64,000 nt of DNA from Paludibacteraceae bacterium (lineage in GTDB: Bacteria > Bacteroidota > Bacteroidia > Bacteroidales > Paludibacteraceae): the NCBI GenBank assembly GCA_045613525.1, contig JAZLBE010000038.1:22975-86974 (forward strand), written 5' to 3'. This document shows positions 1 through 8,863 of the stretch, in pieces. The position numbers and the translations under genes are program-made. Within the stretch, counting starts at the first letter, position 1. Every line of letters begins with the position of its first letter. The notes beneath the pieces were generated by a model. It was not told the origin of the DNA. It made no database searches and saw only the letters and a program-made list of their open reading frames with translations.

Positions 1-1015
1 ACAAATTGGTTTGACAGATGCATTGGAATTGGATGATGAGGCAGAGATTGGTGAAGAGGTAACTGATAAGGTAGATCTTTCGTCATTTGGCCGTCGTATG
101 ATCTTGAATCTTCGTCAAACCTTGGCAAGTCGTATCTTGGATCTACAAAAGGAGAGTTTGTACTTACGCTATAGTGAGATGCTCGGTCAAGTGGTAAGTG
201 GCGAGTTATACCAAGTGTGGAAACGTGAGATGTTGCTCCTAGATGAGGATGGTAACGAGCTCTACTTGCCAAAGCAAAACCAAATCCCAAGCGATTATTA
301 TCGCAAAGGTGATATCGTACGTGCAGTAGTGGTACAAGTGGATAACAAGAACCAAAATCCTAAGATCATCCTTTCTCGTACTTCACCATTGTTCTTGCAA
401 CGTCTCTTTGAGCAAGAGGTGCCAGAGGTACATGATGGACTGATTGCTATTAAGAATATCGCTCGTATTCCAGGTGAGCGTGCAAAAGTGGCAGTAGAGT
501 CATTTGACGATCGTATTGATCCAGTAGGTGCATGTGTGGGTATCAAAGGCGCACGCATCCATGGTATCGTACGTGAGTTGCGTAATGAGAACATTGATGT
601 TATTCATTACACTTCTAACATTAATCTCTATGTACAACGTGCTCTTGCTCCTGCTAAGATCTCTTCTATGACAGTTAATGAGGAAGAGAAGAAAGTAGAC
701 GTATACTTGCAACCAGATGAGGTGTCATTGGCTATCGGTAAGGGTGGCTACAATATCAAATTGGCGAGCATGTTGACTGGCTACCAAATCGATGTATATC
801 GTGAGATGGATGATACAGACAACGAGGATATCTATTTGGATGAGTTTAACGACGAAATCGATCAATGGGTTATCGATGCGTTCAAGGCTATCGGTTGGGA
901 TACAGCTAAGGCAGTGTTGGCCGTATCAAGAGATGAGATCATCAAACGTGTAGACCTAGAGGAGGAGACCATTGATGAGGTACTCGCAATCCTTTCTGCT
1001 GAGTTTGAAGATTAA
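1..1015 (+). CDS. nusA: Transcription termination/antitermination factor NusA, with the 5' end cut by the window edge
   Basis: The reading frame is open to the window start. It has an S1-like segment (GDIVRAVV) and tandem KH motifs (VGACVGIKGARI, LAIGKGGYNIKLA). It is directly followed by infB, as in the conserved nusA-infB operon. Confidence 0.9.
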   Translation, partial: QIGLTDALELDDEAEIGEEVTDKVDLSSFGRRMILNLRQTLASRILDLQKESLYLRYSEMLGQVVSGELYQVWKREMLLLDEDGNELYLPKQNQIPSDYYRKGDIVRAVVVQVDNKNQNPKIILSRTSPLFLQRLFEQEVPEVHDGLIAIKNIARIPGERAKVAVESFDDRIDPVGACVGIKGARIHGIVRELRNENIDVIHYTSNINLYVQRALAPAKISSMTVNEEEKKVDVYLQPDEVSLAIGKGGYNIKLASMLTGYQIDVYREMDDTDNEDIYLDEFNDEIDQWVIDAFKAIGWDTAKAVLAVSRDEIIKRVDLEEETIDEVLAILSAEFED

Positions 1016-1083
1016 TAAACTCTTAACTTCTAGACAATCTAGAACCCTGTAAAACTTTTAAAACATTTTAAACTATTCTACAT

Positions 1084-3849
1084 ATGGCAATTAAACTTAT
1101 CAAAGCTTGTAAAGAATTGAATATCGGCATGTCCACCGCCGTGGAATTCTGTAAAAAGCAGGGTAAGGAAATCGCTACGGACCCTAATACTCGTATCGAT
1201 GACGACTTGTACCTACTGCTTGCTAAGGAATTTAACAAGGATATGGCCCTTAAGTTAGAAGCAGAGCGTCAAGCACAAGAACGTCAAGAACGTGAGGTTC
1301 CAAAGTCTGTGGCAATTGACGAACCTAAAAAGCCTGAACATATATCTACCGATGTAGCTAAACCAAAGGTAGTTGGCAAGATTGACCTTGATGCTGACAA
1401 GAAGAAGGCAGAAGAGGCTGCTCGTTTAGCTGCTGAAAAAGCTGCACAAGAAGAAGCGGCAAGGATTGCTCAAGAAGCAGCAGAAAAGGCTGCAGCAGAG
1501 CAAGCTGCACGTAGAGCTGCAGCAGCAGAGGCTGCACGATTGGCAGCGGAAAAAGCTGCTCTAGAAGCAGCGCAAGCCAGAGAGGCAGAAGCAACAGCCC
1601 ATGAGACTGCTAAGGAAGAAGTATTCTCTCTAGGCAAACCTGTGCTCAAAAATGCGCCTAAGGTAGTGGGTAAGATTGATCTAAATAGCATCAATCCTGC
1701 TACACACCCAAAACAAAAAACCAAAGAGGAGAAACGCAAGGAGCGTGAAGCGCGTGAGCAACAACGCAAGGCTAACAAGCCACAACCATCTGCAAACAAT
1801 GGCGAGCATACCGCTAAAGATGGCGAAAAACGCAAACGCGAGCGCATCAAACAAAACAAGGTGGACATCAACGATGCGCGCAATCAAAAGCCTAAGAACA
1901 AAGGAAATAACAACCAAAAGCCTAAGGGTTTCAAGGTGGAGGTGGATGATGAGGCAGTACAACGCCAAATCAAAGAGACTATCCAACGCCTCCAAGGTAA
2001 CAAGGGTAAGAGTACTACCAGCAAGCACAAACGCGAGCGTCGCGAGTTAGAGCGCGAGAAGTTGGCACAAGAACGTGCAGCGGAGCAAGAGCAAAGCAAG
2101 GTGCTCAAACTTACTGAGTTTGTGACCGCAAATGACCTTGCCGTTATGATGAATGTGCCTGTAACCAAGGTTATTGGTACCTGTATGATGCTTGGTGTGA
2201 TGGTAAGTATCAACCAACGTCTTGATGCTGAGACAATCAATCTTGTGGCTGAGGAATTTGGTTTCTCAACAGAGTTTGTGTCTGCAGAGGTGGTAGAGGA
2301 GATCAATGCGGATGAGGTAATCAACGAAGAGGATATCACTGCTCGTTGCCCTATCGTAACCGTCATGGGTCACGTGGATCACGGTAAAACATCTTTGCTC
2401 GACCATATCCGTAATGCCAATGTGATTGCTGGTGAGGCTGGTGGTATCACTCAGCACATCGGTGCGTATAACGTACAGCTGAAGAATGGTCAGCACATTA
2501 CCTTCCTAGATACTCCAGGTCACGAGGCGTTTACCGCTATGCGTGCTCGTGGTGCTAAGGTGACTGACTTGGCCATTATCATTGTAGCTGCGGACGATGC
2601 TGTCATGCCACAGACCATCGAGGCAATCAACCACGCACAAGCTGCGGGTGTGCCTATGATCTTCGCTATTAACAAGTGTGACAAACCTACAGCTAACCCT
2701 GAGAAGATTAAGGAACAACTTGCCGGCATGAATATCCTCGTAGAGGATTGGGGCGGATCATATCAATGTCAACATATCTCAGCGAAGAAAGGTGAGGGTG
2801 TCTTTGAACTCTTGGAGAAAGTACTTCTTGAAGCAGAAATGCTTGAACTTAAAGCCAACCCTAAACGTCGTGCGAAAGGTTCTATCATCGAGTCTTCACT
2901 CGACAAAGGACGTGGCTATGTGGCTACAATCCTTGTACAAGATGGAACTTTGAATCACGGAGATATTGTCTTGGCTGGAGTATACCACGGTAAGATTAAG
3001 GCTATGTTCAACGAGCGTGGTCAGCGTATCCAACAAGCTCTTCCTGGCGAGCCATGTCTCATTCTTGGTCTTAATGGTGCACCTCAAGCAGGTGATGAGT
3101 TCAATGTGATGGCTACTGAGCAAGAAGCACGCGAGATTGCTAACAAACGTGAGCAACTCCAACGCGAGATGTCACTTCGCACCAAGAAACACGTTGGATT
3201 GGATGAGATTGGTCGTCGTTTGGCTATTGGCGACTTCAAAGAGCTTAACATCATTGTTAAGGGTGACGTGGATGGTTCTGTAGAGGCGCTGAAAGACTCT
3301 CTGCTCAAACTCTCTACAGAGAATATCCAAGTCAATGTAATTCACGGTGCTGTGGGTGCTATCTCAGACTCTGATGTTTTGCTTGCTGCGGCTTCTGATG
3401 CTATTATCGTTGGATTTAACGTGCGTCCTACAAGCACAGCGCGCAAGATGGCTGAGAGTGAGGAAGTGGATATCCGTATCTACTCTATTATCTATGCAGC
3501 TATCGAGGAGATCAAGTCTGCTATGGAAGGTATGCTTTCACCAGATATCAAGGAGGAGGTTACTGCTACTCTCGAGGTATTGCAGACATTCCGTATCTCT
3601 AAGGTTGGAACGATTGCTGGTTGTATCGTGCGTGAAGGTAAAGCTAAACGTGCTAACAAATGCCGCGTGATCCGTGATGGTATCGTTATCCATACAGGCG
3701 ATTTGTCATCACTCAAACATGGTAAGGACGATATCAAAGAGGCTGGTCTCAACATGGAGTGTGGTCTTAGCATCAAGAGCTATAACGATATCGTAGAAGG
3801 CGACCTCATCGAGACCTTCGAAGAGATTGAGGTAGCAAAGACCTTGTAA
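1084..3849 (+). CDS. infB: Translation initiation factor IF-2
   Basis: GTPase motifs [22 protein letters not shown] and NKCD are present. The N-terminal region is long and Lys/Glu/Ala-rich. It lies downstream of nusA. Confidence 0.97.
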   Translation: MAIKLIKACKELNIGMSTAVEFCKKQGKEIATDPNTRIDDDLYLLLAKEFNKDMALKLEAERQAQERQEREVPKSVAIDEPKKPEHISTDVAKPKVVGKIDLDADKKKAEEAARLAAEKAAQEEAARIAQEAAEKAAAEQAARRAAAAEAARLAAEKAALEAAQAREAEATAHETAKEEVFSLGKPVLKNAPKVVGKIDLNSINPATHPKQKTKEEKRKEREAREQQRKANKPQPSANNGEHTAKDGEKRKRERIKQNKVDINDARNQKPKNKGNNNQKPKGFKVEVDDEAVQRQIKETIQRLQGNKGKSTTSKHKRERRELEREKLAQERAAEQEQSKVLKLTEFVTANDLAVMMNVPVTKVIGTCMMLGVMVSINQRLDAETINLVAEEFGFSTEFVSAEVVEEINADEVINEEDITARCPIVTVMGHVDHGKTSLLDHIRNANVIAGEAGGITQHIGAYNVQLKNGQHITFLDTPGHEAFTAMRARGAKVTDLAIIIVAADDAVMPQTIEAINHAQAAGVPMIFAINKCDKPTANPEKIKEQLAGMNILVEDWGGSYQCQHISAKKGEGVFELLEKVLLEAEMLELKANPKRRAKGSIIESSLDKGRGYVATILVQDGTLNHGDIVLAGVYHGKIKAMFNERGQRIQQALPGEPCLILGLNGAPQAGDEFNVMATEQEAREIANKREQLQREMSLRTKKHVGLDEIGRRLAIGDFKELNIIVKGDVDGSVEALKDSLLKLSTENIQVNVIHGAVGAISDSDVLLAAASDAIIVGFNVRPTSTARKMAESEEVDIRIYSIIYAAIEEIKSAMEGMLSPDIKEEVTATLEVLQTFRISKVGTIAGCIVREGKAKRANKCRVIRDGIVIHTGDLSSLKHGKDDIKEAGLNMECGLSIKSYNDIVEGDLIETFEEIEVAKTL

Positions 3850-3925
3850 TAGAAAGCTCTGTATGGTTCAATTGAACCAATTTGAACAATTTTGAACAAT
3901 AACAACTTATTAAAATAACACGAAT

Positions 3926-4462
3926 ATGAAAGATCTTAAAGGCACAAAGACTGAAGCTAACCTATGGGAGGCATTCGCAGGTGAGTCTATGGCTCGCAAC
4001 AAGTACACTTACTATGCTAGCAAAGCAAAGAAAGATGGATATGAGCAAATAGCAGCTCTCTTTGAGGAGACTGCAGCTCAAGAGAAAGAGCACGCTAAAC
4101 TTTGGTTCAAACTCATCCATGGCATTGGTTCTACAATGGAGAACCTTACCGATGGTGCAAAAGGTGAGAACGACGAGTGGACAGATATGTACCCACGTAT
4201 GGCTGCTGAGGCTCGCGCTGAGGGCTTCGAGGAGATCGCTATCATGATGGAAGGCGTAGCTGCTGTGGAGAAAGCACACGAAGAACGCTACCTCAAGCTC
4301 CTCAAGAACATCGAGGATAAACTTGTCTTCAGCCGCGATGGTGATGCTATCTGGCAATGCCGCAACTGTGGTCACCTATATATAGGTCAAGATGCTCCTG
4401 TTGTTTGCCCAGTTTGCAAACACCCACAAGCATACTTCCAATTGCAACAAAACAACTTCTAA
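3926..4462 (+). CDS. rbr: Rubrerythrin
   Basis: Diiron four-helix motifs ([16 protein letters not shown]) are followed by a C-terminal rubredoxin-like CxxC...CxxC (CRNCGH...CPVCKH). Confidence 0.93.
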   Translation: MKDLKGTKTEANLWEAFAGESMARNKYTYYASKAKKDGYEQIAALFEETAAQEKEHAKLWFKLIHGIGSTMENLTDGAKGENDEWTDMYPRMAAEARAEGFEEIAIMMEGVAAVEKAHEERYLKLLKNIEDKLVFSRDGDAIWQCRNCGHLYIGQDAPVVCPVCKHPQAYFQLQQNNF

Positions 4463-4472
4463 TCAATCACTT

Positions 4473-4506
4473 AAGGACTTGTGCACCTGTGTGCGCAAGT
4501 CCTTTT
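4473..4506 (+). terminator. Intrinsic terminator after rbr
   Basis: A 14-bp stem (AAGGACTTGTGCAC / GTGCGCAAGTCCTT, one G-U pair) with a 4-nt loop is followed by a T run. Confidence 0.75.
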
Positions 4507-4565
4507 ACATTTAGAACGTTTAAAACTTCTAAACTTCTGAACTTCTAAACTACTAAACTTATAGT

Positions 4566-6263
4566 ATGGACGTAACTATACTAATTCAAGCCATTCTGCA
4601 ACTCATTGCGGGTATTGGTATATTCTTGGTGGCATGCCAAATGATGTCATCAAACCTCGAGTCAGCAAGTAGTGCTCGTCTCAAAGCGCTTTTCTCACGC
4701 ATGTCCAACTCCCGAATGTTGGGTGTAGGAATTGGAACGGTGGCTACGGCTGCTATCCAGTCTTCAGGTGCGACAACTGTAATGGTTATTGGTTTCGTTA
4801 ATGTTGGAATCATGTCTCTTGCACAAGCTGCTACTATCATCTATGGTGCTAATATTGGTACTACAGTAACAGCTCAAATCGTAGCACTTGGTCTCAGTAG
4901 CGGAGGAGGTATTTCTACCACTGTTATCTTTGCAGCATTTGCAGGATTAGGTGCCTTTATCGAACTATTCACCAAGAAGGATACGTGGAAGACTTGGGGC
5001 GGTATTATTACAGGTTTTGGTATGCTCTTTGTCGGTCTTAGCCTGATGAGTAAGTCTATGGACGCATTGGCTAAGCTCCAAGAAATCAAGGACTTCTTGG
5101 CTTCTATTGAACATCCATTGATGCTTGTGCTTTTTGGTGCAGTGTTGACAGCGATTGTGCAGTCATCCTCAGTTGTTACCTCTATTGCATTGACTATGGC
5201 TGTGACAGGTCTAATCTCACTCAATCAAGGTATTTATCTCACGATGGGATCAAACATTGGTTCATGTATAGTGGCTATCATTGCGGGTCTTACTAGTGGT
5301 CTCAATGCTAAACGTACTGCGCTTATCCACTTACTATTCAACTGCTTCGGTGTCTTCGTGTTCCTTATTGCAGCATGGATTATGCACCTCATTACTTCGG
5401 GTGGACTCAACTATGGTATCATCTTCGAGAGAATGTTCCCTGGTGCACCACAATTGCAATTGGCGATGTTCCACACTATCTTCAACTGTTGTACGGTATG
5501 TATTATTCTGCCAATGACCGACTATTTAGTACGTCTTGTTTGCAGTATTATACCTGAGAAATCATCTGCTGTTGAAGAGGATCCTTCTGCTCCTCATTTC
5601 CACTTTGTAGATGACAAGATGCTCCGTACACCTATCATTGCGGTTAATCAAGTAAAACTTGAGATTGAGAATATGGCAGCAGTAGCTATTCATAACTTCA
5701 ATCTCGCTATTGAAATTATTTCTAAGGTTGACTTTAGCAAAATGGATGAGTTTAACGAGAACGAGAAACAGCTTAACTATCTCAATCGTAATCTTATCCC
5801 ATATATTGTACAACTCAATAACTTGCCAATCAATGAGGAAGACCATCGTTATTTGGCAACTGCTATTCGTACAATAGGTGACTTGGAACGTGTGGGTGAC
5901 TATGCAGTCAATATCACGGAGTATGCTGAACTCTTGAAAAACTTCAATGAGAAATTCTCTAACGATTTGATCTACGAGGTAGAGCAACTAAGTGAGACGA
6001 TGAATGCACTTTATCAAGCTACGATGAAGACATACATGGATAAGGATTTTGATGCATTGATAGAGGTGAACAGATATGAAGATCATGTAGACGATATGGT
6101 GGCGCGCATTGAGAAGATGCACCTACAACGTTTGATGGATAGTATCTATCCTGCAAGCGTAGGCCAAGTATACCAAGAGTTTGCATCGGATACAGAGCGT
6201 ATTGCAGACCACTTCCTCAATGTGGCTAAATCCATCCGCCAACTTCACGTAGGTGAGGATTGA
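4566..6263 (+). CDS. Na/Pi cotransporter family protein with a PhoU-like C-terminal domain
   Basis: The polytopic N-terminal half carries the duplicated QSSGATTVM / QSSSVVTSI motif typical of Na_Pi_cotrans. The C-terminal half is a soluble helical region containing GDLERVGDYA, a PhoU-like motif. Confidence 0.85.
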   Translation: MDVTILIQAILQLIAGIGIFLVACQMMSSNLESASSARLKALFSRMSNSRMLGVGIGTVATAAIQSSGATTVMVIGFVNVGIMSLAQAATIIYGANIGTTVTAQIVALGLSSGGGISTTVIFAAFAGLGAFIELFTKKDTWKTWGGIITGFGMLFVGLSLMSKSMDALAKLQEIKDFLASIEHPLMLVLFGAVLTAIVQSSSVVTSIALTMAVTGLISLNQGIYLTMGSNIGSCIVAIIAGLTSGLNAKRTALIHLLFNCFGVFVFLIAAWIMHLITSGGLNYGIIFERMFPGAPQLQLAMFHTIFNCCTVCIILPMTDYLVRLVCSIIPEKSSAVEEDPSAPHFHFVDDKMLRTPIIAVNQVKLEIENMAAVAIHNFNLAIEIISKVDFSKMDEFNENEKQLNYLNRNLIPYIVQLNNLPINEEDHRYLATAIRTIGDLERVGDYAVNITEYAELLKNFNEKFSNDLIYEVEQLSETMNALYQATMKTYMDKDFDALIEVNRYEDHVDDMVARIEKMHLQRLMDSIYPASVGQVYQEFASDTERIADHFLNVAKSIRQLHVGED

Positions 6264-8263
6264 TGAATACATACGAATTAGCATATGAATATGTGCAGCA
6301 TACTAATCGCTGCATCTTCTTAACAGGCAAAGCAGGAACGGGGAAAACCACGTTCCTGCGTCGCCTTAAACAGGAGTGCCCTAAGCAAATGGCTGTGGTA
6401 GCGCCTACAGGTGTAGCTGCCATCAATGCGGAGGGTGTGACTATTCATTCGCTCTTCCAACTGCCTCCACAACTTTTCATTCCAACAGATGAGGCACGTC
6501 GTCAACTCTTTGGTGAGATGCAAATGCGTGCTAACAAACAGCGTGTGCTTCGTAACCTTGAACTTCTTGTTATCGACGAAGTAAGTATGGTGCGAGCCGA
6601 TCTGTTGGATACTATTGATGCTGTCCTACGCCACTTTAAACACCGTCCAGCGATCCCTTTTGGTGGTGTACAACTGCTAGTAATAGGCGATCTGTTTCAG
6701 CTTTCGCCTGTAGTACGAGAGGAGGAATGGCGATTGCTCCAATCCTTCTATGACGGGCCATACTTTTTCCAGGCTCGTGTCTTTCGTGAACTTAAACCTA
6801 TCTATATAGAGTTTGAACATGTTTATCGTCAAACGAACATAGAATTCCTATCTATCCTTAACGAAGTAAGAAATAATGCGTTGACACCAGACTCATTACG
6901 CATACTCAATTCGCGTTACATTCCTGATTTTAAATCAGATTCATATATTACTCTTTCTACCCATAATAGCAAGGTGGACGCTATCAATCAGCGTGAGATG
7001 AATGCTTTGAAAGGCAAAGAATACACCTATCGTGCTACTATAACAGATACTTTCCCAGAGTCTATGTATCCTATTGATGAGCAACTTACTCTCAAGGTAG
7101 GTGCGCGGGTAATGTTCATCAAAAATGACTCTTCAAATGATAAACTATACTATAATGGTAAACTAGGTGTAGTCACTTCGCTGTCCAAACAGGCAATCAA
7201 TGTGCAATGCGATGACGGAACAGAGGTAAATGTGCATAATGAGGTGTGGGAGAACATCCGCTATAATGCCGATTCTGGTAGTGACCAGGTGCAAACAGAG
7301 ATTATTGGTACTTTTACTCATTATCCATTGCGCCTGGCTTGGGCCATCACTATTCATAAAGCACAGGGATTGACTTTTGATCAACTCATTATCGATGCAG
7401 AGGATGCTTTTGCGGCAGGACAAGTGTATGTGGCCCTTTCTCGCTGTCGCAGTCTAGAGGGACTGACACTTCTTACACCTATCCCAACGAGAGCACTTAC
7501 TAATGCTCGAGAGGTTTTGCAGTTTACGGATAATCAAGATTCGCTTCAAACCATTGAGCAGAATCTTATATCTGCGCAAAAAGACTATTTAACGACATTA
7601 TTGTGTGCATTGTTTGATTTTAAAGAGCATACAGAACAACTATATGCCTTGCAACGCATGGCAAACAATATGAGTTCGTTGCAGTTCCCGCCCAACGAAT
7701 ACTTAACTGACCTGATTTCACTTCTGCTTGATTTACATGGGGTAGGTGAGCGTTTTCAGCAACAGATACGTCAGTTGATGTATCATGACCAAATAGAGCA
7801 ACTTCAACAACGCTTACAAGCGGCGAGTCAGTATTATGCGCCTAAGATCTATGAATTGCTCAAGGCTATGAGCGATTGTCAGTTGCGCAGTAATAACCAA
7901 TCAGATGCTGCGCAACTCAAACAAAATATATTGGATATCTATGCAGCAATCTCACGTAAAGCTTATTTGCAGTCTCAGATAGCACAAAACGTCACGGTAG
8001 AGGCATATTTTAAGGCGCGTAAGACTTACAAATATAAGGAGCCTGCATTGACTATTTATACAACCCAACGTAAAGCACGTGTGAATGCAACTACATTTCA
8101 ATCGCTGACATTACTTCATCAGGGATACCGTATCAAAGATATCGCCAAGCACCGCAATGTGACTCAACGAACGGTCATTAAACACCTAAAGACACTTATG
8201 GAAGATGGTATGCTAGAGATTCATGAGATTCATCCTGCTGACCGTGTATGGATTCGTAATTAA
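6260..8263 (+). CDS. PIF1/RecD-like SF1B DNA helicase with a C-terminal helix-turn-helix extension
   Basis: Walker A (GKAGTGKTT), Walker B (LVIDEVSM) and the late motifs ITIHKAQGLTF and VYVALSRCRS are present. The C-terminal end reads GYRIKDIAKHRNVTQRTVIKHL, which is HTH-like. The start overlaps the upstream stop codon (ATGA). Confidence 0.8.
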   Translation: MMNTYELAYEYVQHTNRCIFLTGKAGTGKTTFLRRLKQECPKQMAVVAPTGVAAINAEGVTIHSLFQLPPQLFIPTDEARRQLFGEMQMRANKQRVLRNLELLVIDEVSMVRADLLDTIDAVLRHFKHRPAIPFGGVQLLVIGDLFQLSPVVREEEWRLLQSFYDGPYFFQARVFRELKPIYIEFEHVYRQTNIEFLSILNEVRNNALTPDSLRILNSRYIPDFKSDSYITLSTHNSKVDAINQREMNALKGKEYTYRATITDTFPESMYPIDEQLTLKVGARVMFIKNDSSNDKLYYNGKLGVVTSLSKQAINVQCDDGTEVNVHNEVWENIRYNADSGSDQVQTEIIGTFTHYPLRLAWAITIHKAQGLTFDQLIIDAEDAFAAGQVYVALSRCRSLEGLTLLTPIPTRALTNAREVLQFTDNQDSLQTIEQNLISAQKDYLTTLLCALFDFKEHTEQLYALQRMANNMSSLQFPPNEYLTDLISLLLDLHGVGERFQQQIRQLMYHDQIEQLQQRLQAASQYYAPKIYELLKAMSDCQLRSNNQSDAAQLKQNILDIYAAISRKAYLQSQIAQNVTVEAYFKARKTYKYKEPALTIYTTQRKARVNATTFQSLTLLHQGYRIKDIAKHRNVTQRTVIKHLKTLMEDGMLEIHEIHPADRVWIRN

Positions 8264-8274
8264 TAAAAAAACAT

Positions 8275-8823
8275 ATGAAAAAGATAACATTATTATTAAT
8301 CCTAGTATTAAGTATGGTATTGAATAGTTGCGAAAACTATCCATACTATGTGCCAGATAATTTTCCAACCCAACAGATTCATTCCTACTTGCCCTACAAG
8401 GAGGGGGATACATTGTTGTATACCAATCAGCAAGTTGATACGATGAGACTCGTTGTTAAAAAACATGACCAAGTATACTTACGTGGCCAACGTAACAATG
8501 CGAATAATGTTAAGGAAAATGCTGCAGTAATAACCAAACTACAAAATAACCAACTCAATCTCACTGTCTCATGTGCATGCTACGAACGACAGAGATTTGA
8601 GGCAAAACTTACGCACCAACCATTAGGAGAAAATGTTCAGCTTCTTGGAATTTATGTATATGAACAAGAGGAAATGTCTGATCTGATATTTAACCAATTC
8701 GTAAACGAGATCAATTTATCAGAGGACCAGGCTACCATCAAACGCAATAGAGGCTTAATCTATTTTACAGATCTCCAGAATGTGAAATGGAAGTATATAG
8801 GAAAAAGATCTAAGAAGAAATAA
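8275..8823 (+). CDS. Hypothetical lipoprotein
   Basis: It has a signal peptide with a lipobox (VLNSC). I recognise no catalytic motif. Confidence 0.55.
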   Translation: MKKITLLLILVLSMVLNSCENYPYYVPDNFPTQQIHSYLPYKEGDTLLYTNQQVDTMRLVVKKHDQVYLRGQRNNANNVKENAAVITKLQNNQLNLTVSCACYERQRFEAKLTHQPLGENVQLLGIYVYEQEEMSDLIFNQFVNEINLSEDQATIKRNRGLIYFTDLQNVKWKYIGKRSKKK

Positions 8824-8863
8824 GTACAAAAGTAAAAGTTATAATTAAAGATTAGAATATATT

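Noticed and set aside
1358-2366. Several minus-strand ORFs of 78-160 aa, and a 101-aa plus-strand out-of-frame ORF.
   Set aside because: All lie inside the Ala/Glu/Lys-rich N-terminal region of infB, where stop codons are rare in every frame. The infB frame has clear IF-2 identity.
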